NCBI GenBank assembly: GCA_964016885.1 | Contig: OZ024740.1 | Coordinates: 77,996,001 to 78,060,000, forward strand | Direction: 5' to 3' | DNA: 64,000 nt | DNA from: Eledone cirrhosa | Lineage: Eukaryota | In this document: piece after piece, positions 1 through 13,503 of the stretch | How positions within the stretch are numbered: the stretch's first letter is position 1 | Layout of the letters: each line of letters opens with the position of its first letter | Position numbers and translations under genes: made by a program | The notes under the pieces: generated by a model | Told to the model about the DNA's origin: nothing | The model's database searches: none | The model's input: the letters and a program-made list of their open reading frames with translations, nothing else

Positions 1-122
1 ATTTCTACAGCTGGATGCCCTTCCTAACACCAACCTCATTTACAGTGAGTGCTGGGTGCTTTTTTACCGTGGCACCCCCACGACCACTTTACAGTGTGGG
101 TGGTCGTGGAGGTGCCATGGCA
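1..122 (-). mobile_element. RTE LINE 3' UTR fragment
   Basis: ctggatgcccttcctaacaccaacc...tttacagtg is the reverse complement of the 3' UTR following the RTE ORF at 10934-11641. Confidence 0.75.
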
Positions 123-148
123 AAAAAGAACCCAGCACTCACTGTAAG

Positions 149-322
149 TATATATGTGTGTATATGTATTTGTGTGTATGTATACATGTATTTATATGTA
201 TGTGTGTATATGTATATGTGTGCATATATATGTGTGTGTGTATGTGTATATGTGTGTGTATATATATATATGTGTATGTGTGTCTGTATGTATATATATG
301 TGTATGTATGCTTATATATATA
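149..322. repeat. Compound (TA)n/(TG)n microsatellite
   Basis: Direct reading of the sequence. Confidence 0.9.
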
Positions 323-814
323 TGAGTTAGTGATCAGGTCTGGTCCCTGCTTCTCATCTCCAACACTCTGCATTTTTCTATTCTATTCATAACTCACTAT
401 TATCTTCTAAGATGGCATTGGACTGACATGTAGTGGGGTGTTTATCTTTTTCTAGGCTCCATTTATCTTAGTCTCCACGGATCCCCCATCCAATGGAGGA
501 AAGGAAGGTGGACTGCATATAGCATTACACTTGTATACACATTCTCACACAGACATATTCAGCTTTGAATTAACTATATCATCATTATCATCATCATATA
601 TCTGTTTTTCCATGCTTGCAAGGATTGAACCAGAAAATATTTATTAGCAAACAACAGGAGTAATATGAATCTTGGATAGTGACCGAAAGATTATATTGTG
701 AATAAAATAACCAAAAAAAGGGGTGGTGTTAATGGGGGTGGGGTAGTGGGAGGGTGTGTAAATAAAATATCCACCACCTCCTCCCACTACCCCAACTCCC
801 CCACCTCCATCAAC

Positions 815-1108
815 ACTACCCCTTTCTCTGTAAAGTTATGTTTGTACCACAACATCCAGTCCTAAATAAATGAGGTTGTGTAGGTGTCACGACAAAAAAA
901 CACAGTCCACACTGTAATGTGGCCGTGTAGGTAACATGGTAAAACCCTCCCAGTCCACACTGTAAACGTGGTTGGTTAGGAAGGGCATCCAGCCGTAGAA
1001 AACATGCCAGATAGTCCCATACGAGTGAGATGACCAATCTTGCCTCAAGTGGGACAATTCCCGTCTAAACCCATGCTAGCGTGGAAGATAGACGTTAAAT
1101 GATAATGA
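815..1108 (+). mobile_element. RTE LINE 3' UTR fragment with GAT-type tail
   Basis: Colinear with 11715-12008; ends ...gacgttaaatgataatga. Confidence 0.8.
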
Positions 1109-1179
1109 AAATAGGATTCCTCTAGAGTGTCATTAGAATAACTTTCTTGATAGAATGTGTAGCTTGGATATCAGGGAGT

Positions 1180-1587
1180 CAGTCTAGGTAGAGCCTCTAC
1201 TTCTCTGAATTGAGAGATCACAGCTCCGATACTACAGACATGTGGTTAGAATGTCTGAGGAAAGAATCACTGGAGGGTTGCTCCAGGTAGAGCTGCTACT
1301 TCTCTGAATTGAGAGATCACAGCTCCGATACTACGGATATGTGGTTACAATGGCTCGGGTGAGAATCGCTGAACAGATTTTATGGGTGAAATGAACTGGC
1401 AGGAGACCCAGGATAGGACCCCGAGCAAGATGGTTGAATAACATCCCTGAGCTTGACTAATCTGGCTTGGGGATTCAGCGAGATCAATTAGAGATGGTAA
1501 TTTCTGAAAGGATCAGCTGGAAGGCTTGGTTGAGAGTCCTGCTCCCATGACTCTCCCTAGAATAAGTAGGTGAAGAAGAATAAGAAG
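1180..1587 (+). mobile_element. 3' fragment of a second RTE-like LINE family (GAA-repeat tail) with an internal ~97-bp duplication
   Basis: Decayed RT C-terminus (R..GRPRARW.NNI) and tail gaataagtaggtgaagaagaa; homologous to 13005-13204 and 51455-51770. Confidence 0.7.
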
Positions 1588-1894
1588 TATTTTAAATATT
1601 TAAAAAAATTAAAATAATTGAAAGGAAAAGTGAGAAAAAAGGCAGGAGAAAGAAAAATAATATAAGATGAGAAAGGAGGGGGGGAAAGTCAACACCCTTG
1701 ACTGGGCAGTATATTTCAGTTGCACCCTGCAGATATAGTGATGAAAGCATTGCTACAGAAAACATCCAGTGACACATGGTCCATCAGCCATTCCATCTCA
1801 CGGGTATCCCCCTTTCTGGCGTATGCACTCTTCTGAATGTTGTGGATGTAAATTGATGTCCAGGGGCCAAGGACATCAGAGGTGTATATATATC

Positions 1895-2250
1895 ACTGTA
1901 AATGTGGTTGGTGTTAGGAAGGGCATCCAGCCGTAGAAAACCTGCCAGACAGTCCTATACGAGCAGGACAACCAATCTTGCCTCAAGTGGGAAAACCCAT
2001 GCAAGCGTGGAAGATGGACGTTAAACGATGATGATGATGATGATATATATATATATATATCATCATCATCGTTTAACGTCCACACTAGCATGGGTTAGAT
2101 GCATTGTCCCGTTTAAGGCAAATTGGGTTAGGTGACCGTGTCTTGCTCATACAGAACAGTTTCTGACTAGGTTTCTAAAGTGGATGCCCTTCCAATACCA
2201 ACCACATTTACAGTGTGCTGGGTGTTTTTTGTCATGACTCCTACATGACT
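1895..2250. mobile_element. Two RTE 3' ends tail-to-tail (1895-2043 +, 2061-2250 -) across a (TA)n tract
   Basis: ...ggacgttaaacgatgatgat (TA)n catcatcatcgtttaacgtcc... Confidence 0.8.
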
Positions 2251-2390
2251 ACTTTATTACAATATATTTATATATATACAAAAACACACACACATATAAC
2301 TATTAAGGCCAGATACTACAATGGTGCCATACTAGGTACGTACGTTTCATTAGCCTTATTCAATCTATGTCAATGAAAATGAACCGGAAA

Positions 2391-2426
<36 letters not shown>

Positions 2427-2727
2427 TATTTGCAATTCAATTCAACCATTCTATGTACTTTTTCCACATAGGAATGACTGAGTATATATAAAATAAGAAA
2501 GTAGTTGATGTTAAAGTCCTTTATTAATAAGGCTGTGATACATATATATGAGCCAACTTACACAGTTTAATATGCAAATGAGATTAATCACCTCATTTAC
2601 ACAGACAAAAAACTATATATTTTCGCCTGTTTTCAAAGTCCGGCAGTTACAAGAGCAGGAGAGATCATCCTGCCGAGAATCAGTTGAGTTCAAAATGCAT
2701 CGACGATTGTCTTCCCAGTTCTGGCGG

Positions 2728-2743
2728 GCACCGCCTGGTGGCG
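2728..2743. promoter_or_regulatory. Candidate CTCF-binding site in a small CpG-retaining unique island
   Basis: GCACCGCCTGGTGGCG; reverse complement CGCCACCAGGCGGTGC resembles the CTCF core CCASYAGRKGGCRS. Confidence 0.4.
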
Positions 2744-3884
2744 TTAGTTGCCAGTGTTATTCATAGCTATGGCTTTCTAAATGTTTATTTATAAACATAC
2801 CATATTTCTTTAAAAATTTGAAATTCAAATACACACACACACACAAATATATATATGTATATATGTGTATGTGTATCTATATGTATACATTTATATGTGT
2901 ATGTATGTATAAGGAGGGAAATAGAAGAGAGAAATAGATATTCCTCTCACATTGGCTGTCATGTCACACTGAGTTAATCTATTTTATATGTGATGTTGAT
3001 GTGTGTCTATGTGTGTGTATATATATATATATATGTGTGAGTATGAGTATCATTGATATTTATGTATATTTTATGGTCTGATGGCTCATCCAATACAAGA
3101 GAAAGTTATTAGTTTAACTCTTATCCTTTCTCATTTCTACTCTAGATTATCAATGTTATGTGGATTTATCAGATCAACATCTCTCTCTCTAATGTATGTG
3201 TGTATACATACACACATATATATATACATTCATACCTGTCTGTCTATCTGCCTCACTCATGCTTACTTTGTAATTTCCACATGTCTTCCTGTCTTCCACA
3301 CCTGAAATATTTCCTGATTTACTCACCTTTTCACACTTCAGTGGTTGATATCCTATTATCTCCAGTGTTTCTCTTCAGTAAGCCTTTAACTTAACAAAAT
3401 CTCACACCTGTCTGTTATTTTCTCTGCCTTTTACACACTCACCTATAATCATATTTTTCACCTGCATTCTCATTAATACATATTTTTATGTTATATCTGA
3501 TATAACCCCTGCCCTTTCAAAAAACTCCATAACTAAATATGTAAAAACACAGGAATGGCCATAGCTGTAAGAACCCATATCATCCTCTTTGATTTATGTT
3601 CTATTGTTCCATTCTAGTAGTTACTGTTGATTGTATCTAGCCACAAATTACCTCTGATCCAGCAGACCTATAGTTTTGATTTTATCTCTTAGTCAGTGAA
3701 AGGTGGACTGTGCCCAGAGTAGTTTTTGGGGGCCTGTAAAACTGGTGTTAGGAAGGAAGGGAGGTACTATCAAACTGGGAACATAGAGTGAACTCAATAT
3801 ATTTCCATTCAAAGTCAATGGAAAGAGCTCAGTCGACCAAATATAGGACTTGTGTTATTTTATGTATGTATATGTGAATATATA

Positions 3885-4383
3885 TCATCATCAACATCGT
3901 TTTTATGTCCGTTTTTCCATGCTTGCATGGGTTGGACAGGTCCTTCTCAGCACAGCATCTTTCCCTTCCTGTGTTTCTTAGTCATCTCCTCTGTGAGTTT
4001 GTGATTTGAGGTCAGCTCTCACCTCCTCTCCCCAGGTCTTTCTCAGTCTACCGCTACTGCGGCTTCCTTCTTCTGGCATTTCCTGACATTTCTTCACCCA
4101 TCGATCATCATCCATGCACATCATTTGTCCATACCAATACAGTCTTCTCTCTTGCACACCACCTCAGATTCTTCTTAAACCCAGCTTCTCCCTCAACTTG
4201 TTCAAGCTCTGTCTTTCTCTCGTCCTTACATTGCACATCAACGAATGATGGTGGCTTCATTCCTCTCCAGTCTACATATGTCTTCTGAAGTCACAGCCCG
4301 TGTCTCACTACTATGCAGCATTGCACTTCACACACATGCATCACACAGTCGTCCTTTTGTACATAGGGAGAAACCTTTTGACC
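3885..4383 (-). mobile_element. Decayed RTE LINE 3' end (RT C-terminus plus short tail)
   Basis: Minus strand reads KGFSLCTKGRLCDACV.SAMLHSSETRAVTSEDICRLERNEA..., homologous to the ORF at 10934-11641, with stops; GAT-type tail. Confidence 0.85.
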
Positions 4384-4384
4384 G

Positions 4385-4612
4385 GTGCCTTATGAGTGAA
4401 ATATAGTAAATGGAAGCTATGCAGAGGTCTGTGTTTATGAGTGTGTTTATGCCTTTGTTAGTGCTTATAACTTAGCGGTTTGACAAAATGAGATAGATAA
4501 AAATGTCTACCAGATTTGAAAAAAGAAGTACTTTGGTCAATATGATTGACTAAATGGTACCCTAGCATGGCCACTGTCTAGTGACTGAAACCAGTAAAAG
4601 GAATAAAAGAAG
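4385..4612 (+). mobile_element. 3' part of a SINE (family also seen at 49756)
   Basis: Recurrent block ...gcatggccactgtctagtgactgaaaccagtaaaaggaataaaaga. Confidence 0.5.
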
Positions 4613-4950
4613 GTAAATGAAATGAAATGAAACTCGATCAAAGCATTCATTTTAAGATATAATACACAATATGCTTTTTTCTTTTATCTTGGACATAATT
4701 TAGTTTCTGGGAGACAAAAACACGTGAGGAAGAAAGACATGTATTGACTTCCTCGGCAGGACAGTGAACAGATATTTGCTTGAAATAGATTGAATAATGT
4801 ATTCATGACTACTGTAAAGTGAAACAGCAGAGAATTGTAAACAAATTCTAGAAGAGTGTCAGTGACCAGATCATAGATACATGACAACATTTTGTTGACA
4901 CTTCATAGTATATATCATCATCATCATACATCCATCTTCCAACGATGATG

Positions 4951-4993
4951 ATATATATATGTGTGTGTATATATGGGTGTGCATATATATATA

Positions 4994-5027
<34 letters not shown>

Positions 5028-5239
5028 CATGTGTATATATATGTGTATATATAAATATATATGTGTATATATAAATATATATGTGTATATATATAAATAT
5101 ATATGTGTATATATATATATATATATATGTGTATATATATATATATATATGTGTATATATATATATATGTGTATATATATATATGTGTATATATATATAT
5201 ATATATGTGTATATATATATATATGTGTATATATATATA

Positions 5240-5278
<39 letters not shown>

Positions 5279-6083
5279 GTATATATATATATGTAGTATA
5301 TATATATGTATGTATATATATATATGTATGTATATATATATATGTATGTATATATATATATGTAGTATATATATATGTATGTATATATATATATGTGATA
5401 TATATATGTGTATGTATATATATATGTATGTATATATATATGTATGTATATATATGTATATGTGTATGTATATGTAATATGTATATGTGTATGTATATAT
5501 ATATGTATGTATATATATGTATATGTGTATGTATATATATATGTGTGTATGTATATATATATGTGTGTATGTATATATATATGTGTGTATGTATATATAT
5601 ATGTGTGTATGTATATATATATGTGTGTATGTATATATATATGTGTGTATGTATATATATATGTGTGTATATATATATATATGTATGTATATATATATGT
5701 ATGTATATATATATGTATGTATATATATATATATGTATGTATATATGTATATATATATATATGTATGTATATATATGTATATATATGTATGTATGTATAT
5801 ATGTATGTATGTATATATGTATGTATGTATGTATGTATATATGTATGTATGTATATATGTATGTATGTATATATATATATGTATGTATATATATATGTAT
5901 GTATATATATATGTATTATTATATGTATATATATATGTGTATATATGTATATGTGTATATATATATATATGTGTATATATGTATATGTGTATATATATAT
6001 ATATGTGTATATATATATGTATATATATATATATGTATATATATATATGTATATATATATGTATATATATATATATGTATATA

Positions 6084-6139
<56 letters not shown>

Positions 6140-6149
6140 TATGTATATG

Positions 6150-6208
<59 letters not shown>

Positions 6209-6284
6209 GTATATATGTATATATATATATGTATATATATATGTATATATATATGTATATATATATATATATATGTATATATAT

Positions 6285-6380
<96 letters not shown>

Positions 6381-6381
6381 G

Positions 6382-6412
<31 letters not shown>

Positions 6413-6607
6413 GTATATATATATGTATATATATATGTATATATATATGTATATATATATGTATATATATGTATATATATATGTACATATATATGTATAT
6501 ATATATGTATATATATATGTATATATATGTATATATATATGTACATATATATGTATATATATATGTATATATATATGTGTATATATGTATATATGTGTAT
6601 ATATGTG

Positions 6608-6638
<31 letters not shown>

Positions 6639-7353
6639 GTATATATATATGTGTATATATATGTATATATATATATGTATATATATATATGTATATATAT
6701 ATATGTATATATATATATGTATATATATATATGTATATATATATATGTATATATATATGTATATATATATGTGTATATATATGTATATATATATATGTAT
6801 ATATATATATGTATATATATATATGTATATATATATATGTATATATATATATGTATATATATATATGTATATATATATATGTGTATATATATATGTATAT
6901 ATATATATATATGTATATATATGTATATATGTATATATATGTATATATGTATATGTGTATGTATATATATGTATATGTGTGTATATATATATATGTGTAT
7001 ATATATATATGTGTATATATATGTATATATGTGTGTATATATATATATGTGTATATATATATATGTGTATATATATGTATATATGTGTGTAAATATATAT
7101 ATGTGTATATATATATATGTGTATATATATATATATATATGTGTATATATATATGTGTATATATATGTGTATATATATATATGTATATATATATGTGTAT
7201 ATATGTATATGTGTATATATGTATGTGTATGTATATATATGTATATGTGTGTATATATATATATGTGTATATATATATATGTATATATATATGTGTATAT
7301 ATATATATGTGTATATATATATATGTGTATATATATATATATGTGTATATATA

Positions 7354-7414
<61 letters not shown>

Positions 7415-7433
7415 GTATATATGTATATATATG

Positions 7434-7464
<31 letters not shown>

Positions 7465-7465
7465 G

Positions 7466-7498
<33 letters not shown>

Positions 7499-7593
7499 GT
7501 ATATATATATATGTATGTATATATATATATGTATGTATATATGTATATATATATATATGTATATGTATATATATATATGTATATATATATATG

Positions 7594-7680
<87 letters not shown>

Positions 7681-8322
7681 GTATATATATGTATATGTGT
7701 ATATATATATATGTATATGTGTATATATATATATGTATATGTGTATATATATATATGTATATGTGTATATATATATATGTATATGTGTATATATATATAT
7801 GTATATGTGTATATATATATATGTATATGTGTATATATATATATGTATATGAGTATATATATATATGTATATGTGTATATATATATATGTATATGAGTAT
7901 ATATATATATGTATATGTGTATATATATATATGTATATGTGTATATATATATATGTATATGTGTATATATATATATATGTATATGTGTATATATATATAT
8001 ATGTATATGTGTATATATATATATATGTATATGTGTATATATGTATATGTGTATATATATATATGTATATGTGTATATATGTATATGTATATGTGTATAT
8101 ATATATATGTATATATATATATGTATATGTGTATATATATATGTATATGTGTATATGTATATGTGTATATATATATGTATATGTGTATATATATATGTAT
8201 ATGTGTATATATATATGTATATATATATGTGTATAGATGTGTGTGTATATATATATATATATATGTGTGTGTGTATGTGTATATATATATGTATCTATGT
8301 GTGTGTGTGTATATATATATAC
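4951..8322. repeat. ~3.4-kb compound (TA)n/(TATG)n/(TG)n microsatellite array
   Basis: Direct reading; source of the spurious Y/I/V/M/C-rich ORFs. Confidence 0.97.
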
Positions 8323-8378
8323 AATAGTATCACAAAGTAAAACATAAATGAGTATAAAGGTTTGTGTGCATGTGTATA

Positions 8379-8383
<5 letters not shown>

Positions 8384-8433
<50 letters not shown>
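8384..8433. repeat. (TG)n microsatellite
   Basis: Direct reading. Confidence 0.95.
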
Positions 8434-8435
<2 letters not shown>

Positions 8436-8984
8436 TTTAAATGACTATTATGATTCTTCTGTAATGCAATTATTGTTAATTTAAAAAGCTAACATTAAAA
8501 TAAGAAAGAGTGTGAAAATCCGTAAGTGAAATCCTGTAGCGTGAGATGAGTTAGGAGAGAATTGAACATTTGTTTTGTTTCGTTTGAGGAGTTTTATTTT
8601 TTATTTAGTTGTTCTCCTGAAAGAAGATGCTAATATAAATTGTTTAGAATAGATTTTTTGTTTCTATTTTTTCTGGGTTAATTATACATTTCATCAATAG
8701 CTTGTGAATGAAATTTGCAAGGTAGAAACTATATGGAACATCAGCATGTGTGTGGCATTTGTGTGTGTGTGTAAATATACAAATAGAGTCAAAAAGACGC
8801 AGCACAAGAAAGGATATTATAATAATAGTATATTAGTCTCATGCTTATAAGAAATAATTAGAGTATTTGATGTTTCAGTAATTAATCCTTCATTAAAAAG
8901 GAAAACACAGAAGGAAGAGATAATTCTTTTGGAGAGAGAAGATAAAGGAAGGCAAACACACACACACATATATATATATATATA

Positions 8985-9730
8985 CAAGTCCATCTTGTTC
9001 ATAAAGATTATGAATATGAGAGGTAACAGTATGTAGCCTTGACAGAGTTCAACATTCACGTTGATTGTTTTCAACTTTGCACCATTTGACTGAACACATA
9101 CATATAGAAACAACAAGAAGCTGTCCATCGATTCCATACTCCTGCAGAACCTTCCACAACAGGTCCCGTGGAGTGTGGTCAATATGCCGTTTTGAGGTCT
9201 ACAAAACAAGCAAAATCTCTTGTCAATACTTCTATGATTGCTCAAAGACCTGCTACAGTGTGAATATTTTTTCAACTCTGTTGCATCCAGGATGAAAACC
9301 ACATAAGAGACATGGAAGGACTTTATGGCTATGCTGGAATTCGACTTCAGATAAGCAAATAAAGTATTCTGGCTGACCTTCTGCCGACTTTGTAACAAGT
9401 CCTTCTCCACACTTGCTATCAGAAAAGTATCTGGGTTTCTTCTCTCTCCAGAAAGGTGCAGAGAATACTTTGCTGATCTTCTAAACCCTGTTACAACAGC
9501 ATCTTCTGATGTACATGAGGTGCTTCTGGGAGCAATGACTAAACTCTTCGAAGCTGAGATTACAAGAGAAGTTAAAGAGAGCAAAATGGCAAAGCATCCG
9601 TCATTGATAAAATTTGGCCTGAGATGTTAAAAGCCTTAAATAGAGAAGTTATTCTCTGGCTGACTTATGTGTGCCGGCTGGCCTGGATTTTTGGAAGGAC
9701 ACCTAATCAATGGCAATCGGAAGTGATAAT
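8985..9730. mobile_element. Decayed RTE RT remnant in two opposed pieces (about 8985-9225 minus, 9230-9730 plus)
   Basis: Minus piece: VNVELCQGYILLPLIFIIFMNKM (RT motif B, GxRQGxxLSPxLF). Plus piece: ANKVFWLT...RCREYFADLLNP...MLKALNREVILWLT (RTE region upstream of RT). Confidence 0.7.
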
Positions 9731-10351
9731 CTACAATTTTCTTGGGTATAGTCAATTACATCCACCCACAGTATTTTTTTTATGGAATTCAGTGAGGTTT
9801 GAACTCAGAACAGAAAGGGACATTAACAAATATGACAAGGTACTATATCTGTCATATCCACATTATGTTTACATGTGTGTAATGGATTGGTTTAGTTGTG
9901 TTTAAGTAATCCTATAGCACAGTGTGGTGGGTGTAGAAGACCCAACATATTGATGGGAGATAGCCCCCAACTTTATCTTTATGTCACAAAAGGTTTAGTT
10001 TTAAGTTACCTGTCATAATACATTACATTTATGTATTTGATTTAATTGTTTGGGACTGATGACACCTAACTCAGCTGCTATCTAGTTTCATATTTTGACA
10101 AGGTAAACAAAAAAAAAACAAAAACAATTTCCTCTGTTGAAGAATTGGTAAGAATTAGCAGAATATATTTACCGGGAACATGACATGACCAAATCCTAAA
10201 AATATAGTTTCTAATGACATCTCAAAATTGTTGTTAATGATATCTCATATTGGGGCAAAGCAGGACATTTGTGGTAAAATGGAGCATAATTAATTGAACC
10301 ATTCTCACTGTATTAACCATGGTTACTTATTTTTATCTCCTCCCACAACCA

Positions 10352-10512
10352 AGAAAGACCTGGGCAGAGGTTGTAAGAGCTGACCTCAAATCATTGAGAC
10401 TCATAGAGGAGATGACAAAGGATCACGATGAGTGGATCCGTCCAACTATGCTGAGAAGGATCCATCCAACCCATGCAAGCATGAAAAAATAGACATAAAA
10501 ACAATGCTGATA
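10352..10512 (+). mobile_element. RTE 3' end fragment
   Basis: RKTWAEVVRADLK-like coding end followed by cccatgcaagcatgaaaa. Confidence 0.6.
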
Positions 10513-10551
10513 TATAATATATATATATATATATATGTACACACACACACA

Positions 10552-10636
10552 CGAGGGTCAGCTGAAAAGTTCATAGGCTGACAAAGATACTCTCATGGAA
10601 TGACAAAATGAGGTTTATATTTCAACATAGTCTCTA
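10552..10636 (+). mobile_element. Mariner-like terminal fragment
   Basis: Begins CGAGGGTCAGCTGAAAAGTTCATAGGC after a dinucleotide tract, in the style of mariner TIRs; no partner end seen. Confidence 0.4.
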
Positions 10637-10884
10637 TGCAATTATTAAGAAGAGATGAAATTAATGCATTCAAGATTTCACAGCTCTCATATCAATCCTT
10701 CATAATCAGCCAACCCTCGTATATACATAAATTTATACATATTCTCTCATTGTTTGTTCATAAAATTTTCAGTTATACATATCTACAACATTTACACAAC
10801 TTTTCCATGATAATTTAAATAGGTTCTCCACTGCCCTTTATATATATGTGTGTATGTATATATATATATATATATGAATGTGTG

Positions 10885-10920
<36 letters not shown>

Positions 10921-10922
<2 letters not shown>

Positions 10923-12008
10923 GCAAAGTATGGGTGCATAAAAGATGTAGTGGGATCACAGGTATAGATTTTACATGTGGCCGGTGTTCTGGTGCAATAA
11001 GTAGCAGCAAGTGCCCACAAAATACTAGCTCTTTCAATTGCGCAGAGGGTTCTATAGAAATAGTGGACAGCTTCCGTTACCTGGGCGATAAAATCAGCAG
11101 TGGGGGAGGGTGCTCTGAAAGTACTGTAGCTAGAGTCAGAACTGGTTGGAAAAAGTTCAGAGAGCTTATACCACTATTAGCTGCTAAAGGGTTCTCCCTA
11201 AAAATGAAAGGCAGGTTGTACGATGCCTGCATACGAACAGCAATGTTGCATGGCAGTGAGACCTGGGCATTGTGTGCAGAGGATATACGCAGACTAGAGA
11301 GGAACGAAGCTTGCATGCTCCGCTGGATGTGTAACAGTAATATACGTGAACGGCAAAGCATAAACGAACTAAGGAAAAAATTAGAGATAAGAGGGATCAG
11401 ATGTTGTTTACTCGAGAGAAGGCTACGTTGGTATGGACACGTGATGCGCATGAAAGTCGATAGCTGTATAACAAAGTGCAGGGCAATAAAGATAGACGGT
11501 AGTCACGGAATAGGCAGACCTAGAAAAACCTGGGACGAGCTGATAAACTCCGACATCACACACTTACACCTCTCCAAGACAATGTCACTGGACCGAGACC
11601 TTTGGCGGTACTCAGTAACAGAGAAGACCCGCCTTACCTAAATATATAGTAAAACCTACTCCAGCCAGTAGGCATCTCTAACAAAATACACCCCGTCCCA
11701 CCACCACCACCCCGTTCTATGTAAAGTTATGTTGGTGCCGCGCCATCCAGGCCGAAACAAATGAGATCGTGTAGGTGTCACGACAAAAAAACACACAGTC
11801 CACGCTGTAATGTGGCCGTGTAGGCAACATGGTAAAAACCTCCCAGACCCACACTGTAAATGTGGTTGGTGTTAGGAAGGGCATCCAACTGTAGAAAACC
11901 TGCCAGACAGTCCTATGCGAGCAAGACAATCACGCTTGCCTCAAGTGGGACTACTCCCGTCCAAACCCATGCAAGCATGGAACACGGACGTTAAACGTTG
12001 ATGATGAT
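10921..12008 (+). mobile_element. 5'-truncated RTE-clade LINE: open RT C-terminal ORF (10934-11641) plus ~370-bp 3' UTR ending in (GAT)n
   Basis: ORF motifs FRYLGD, ARVRTGWKKFREL, KGRLYDACIRTAMLHGSETW, RRLRWYGHVMR, GRPRKTW are diagnostic of RTE; the 5' break lies in a (TA)n tract. Confidence 0.92.
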
Positions 12009-12564
12009 AATATAAAATCAAAAGATGGTTAAAAGAGTTCCATGTATTTTATTATGCACATTTCAAAAACAAATATCATGGGATGATATTTGCGTTCTCA
12101 TCAGATAAAATAGGGAGACATGATATGAAGCTTAAAAAACACTTGCGAGCAGTGAAGTGTTAAATCAACATATGAAAAATAAAATAAGATGGATATATGA
12201 GATTGGAGAAAAGGAAAGGAAGGGGGAAGGAAAAGGTGAGGAAGAAAGAATATGGATAGAAGAAAAAAATATAATAATAAGGAAAGGATGACGGAGGAGG
12301 AGTGTAAGAAGGAAGGATGAGAGAGGAGAAGAAAATGAGTGAGAGAAAGAGTGAGATAACCTTTAATACTGAGAAACACTGTCTCACAGAGAAAAAAAAA
12401 CCAAAACTGTTGTAAGATAATACATAATTTAAAAAATTAAGAAATTAAAAGTTAATGAGGTTTATGAATGGTGAGGCTTATCCGATATTTGCATTGCTTT
12501 ATTGTGCTACAATGAAACTCACCTCCTACATATATATATATGTATATACACACACATACATATA

Positions 12565-12709
12565 TCATCATCACTGTTTTACGTCCATTCTACCACACTA
12601 GCATGGGTTAGATGGGTTGTCCTGTTGTGGGCAATGCCAGGACAGGTGGCCATGTCTTGCTCATACAGAACTAATTTGGACTCGATTTCTACAGCTGGAT
12701 GCCCTTCCT
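12565..12709 (-). mobile_element. RTE 3' UTR fragment
   Basis: catcatcactgttttacgtcc...ctggatgcccttcc. Confidence 0.7.
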
Positions 12710-13004
12710 ATATATATATATATATAGGGTGAGGTATGTGTACACAGTATCCCTACGAGTTGTATGAGGCATCTAAAAGGGTTGGTGTCAGGAAAGCTCT
12801 CTGCTGTATACCACTGTCAGTAAGGAAAAGTCAATCTAAAAAGTCATCATGATAATAATGATTGTTATGTATGATATGATGCTAATCTAGAACAATACAA
12901 AATAAACAATTCTCTCAGTGTATATAGAAAACTACAAACACAGATGACTACATATATTTGTATACATTCACGAAATTAGATATCTTTTGAGTTGGATATT
13001 TTTT

Positions 13005-13204
13005 ATAGTCAAGAACCAACCAGTAGGAGACCCAGGAGTAGATCCCAAGCAAGATGGTTGGATAACATTCATGAGCTTGGTTAGTCTCACTTCGGGATCC
13101 AACCAAATCAATTGGAGATGGTTGCTTCTGACAGGACCCACTTGAAGGGATGCTTGAGGACTCTGCCACCATGACCCTCTCAGGAATAAGTGGGCGAAGA
13201 AGAA
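13005..13204 (+). mobile_element. RTE-like 3' end (GAA-tail family)
   Basis: Homologous to 1400-1587. Confidence 0.65.
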
Positions 13205-13322
13205 CTTTATATAATGAATAATTTTGCCATCTATACATGTTCAACTATTACCTTCTGATGAGTTTTTTTGTTTTACTTATAGATGAAACCTATTACTTCC
13301 AGGATGTATTATTTATTTGCCT

Positions 13323-13503
13323 TGGCAGTATCGGTAGAGGGTCGGACGCCATGCTTTCCAGCATAGTTACATCCCTTTACGATCTGAGTTCAAATCCCGC
13401 CGAGGTTGACTTTGCCTTTCATTCTTACGGGGTCGATAAAATAAAGTACCAGTAATGCACTGAGTGATTTGCTGGCCTTGTGCCTAAAGTAGAAACAATT
13501 ATT
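13323..13503 (+). mobile_element. tRNA-derived SINE (family A)
   Basis: A-box-like TGGCAGTATCGG, B box GAGTTCAAATCC, central gcctttcatt/ccttacggggtcgataaaataaagtacc (similar to the Meta/MESC-type SINE domain as I recall it), ATT tail. Confidence 0.85.

Noticed and set aside
4924-8340. Long ORFs of 120-946 aa rich in Y/I/V/M/C/H/T
   Set aside because: Translations of a TA/TG microsatellite that lacks stop codons; no coding complexity or splice context.
10934-11641. Host protein-coding gene (235 aa)
   Set aside because: It is the C-terminal part of an RTE reverse transcriptase from a 5'-truncated insertion.
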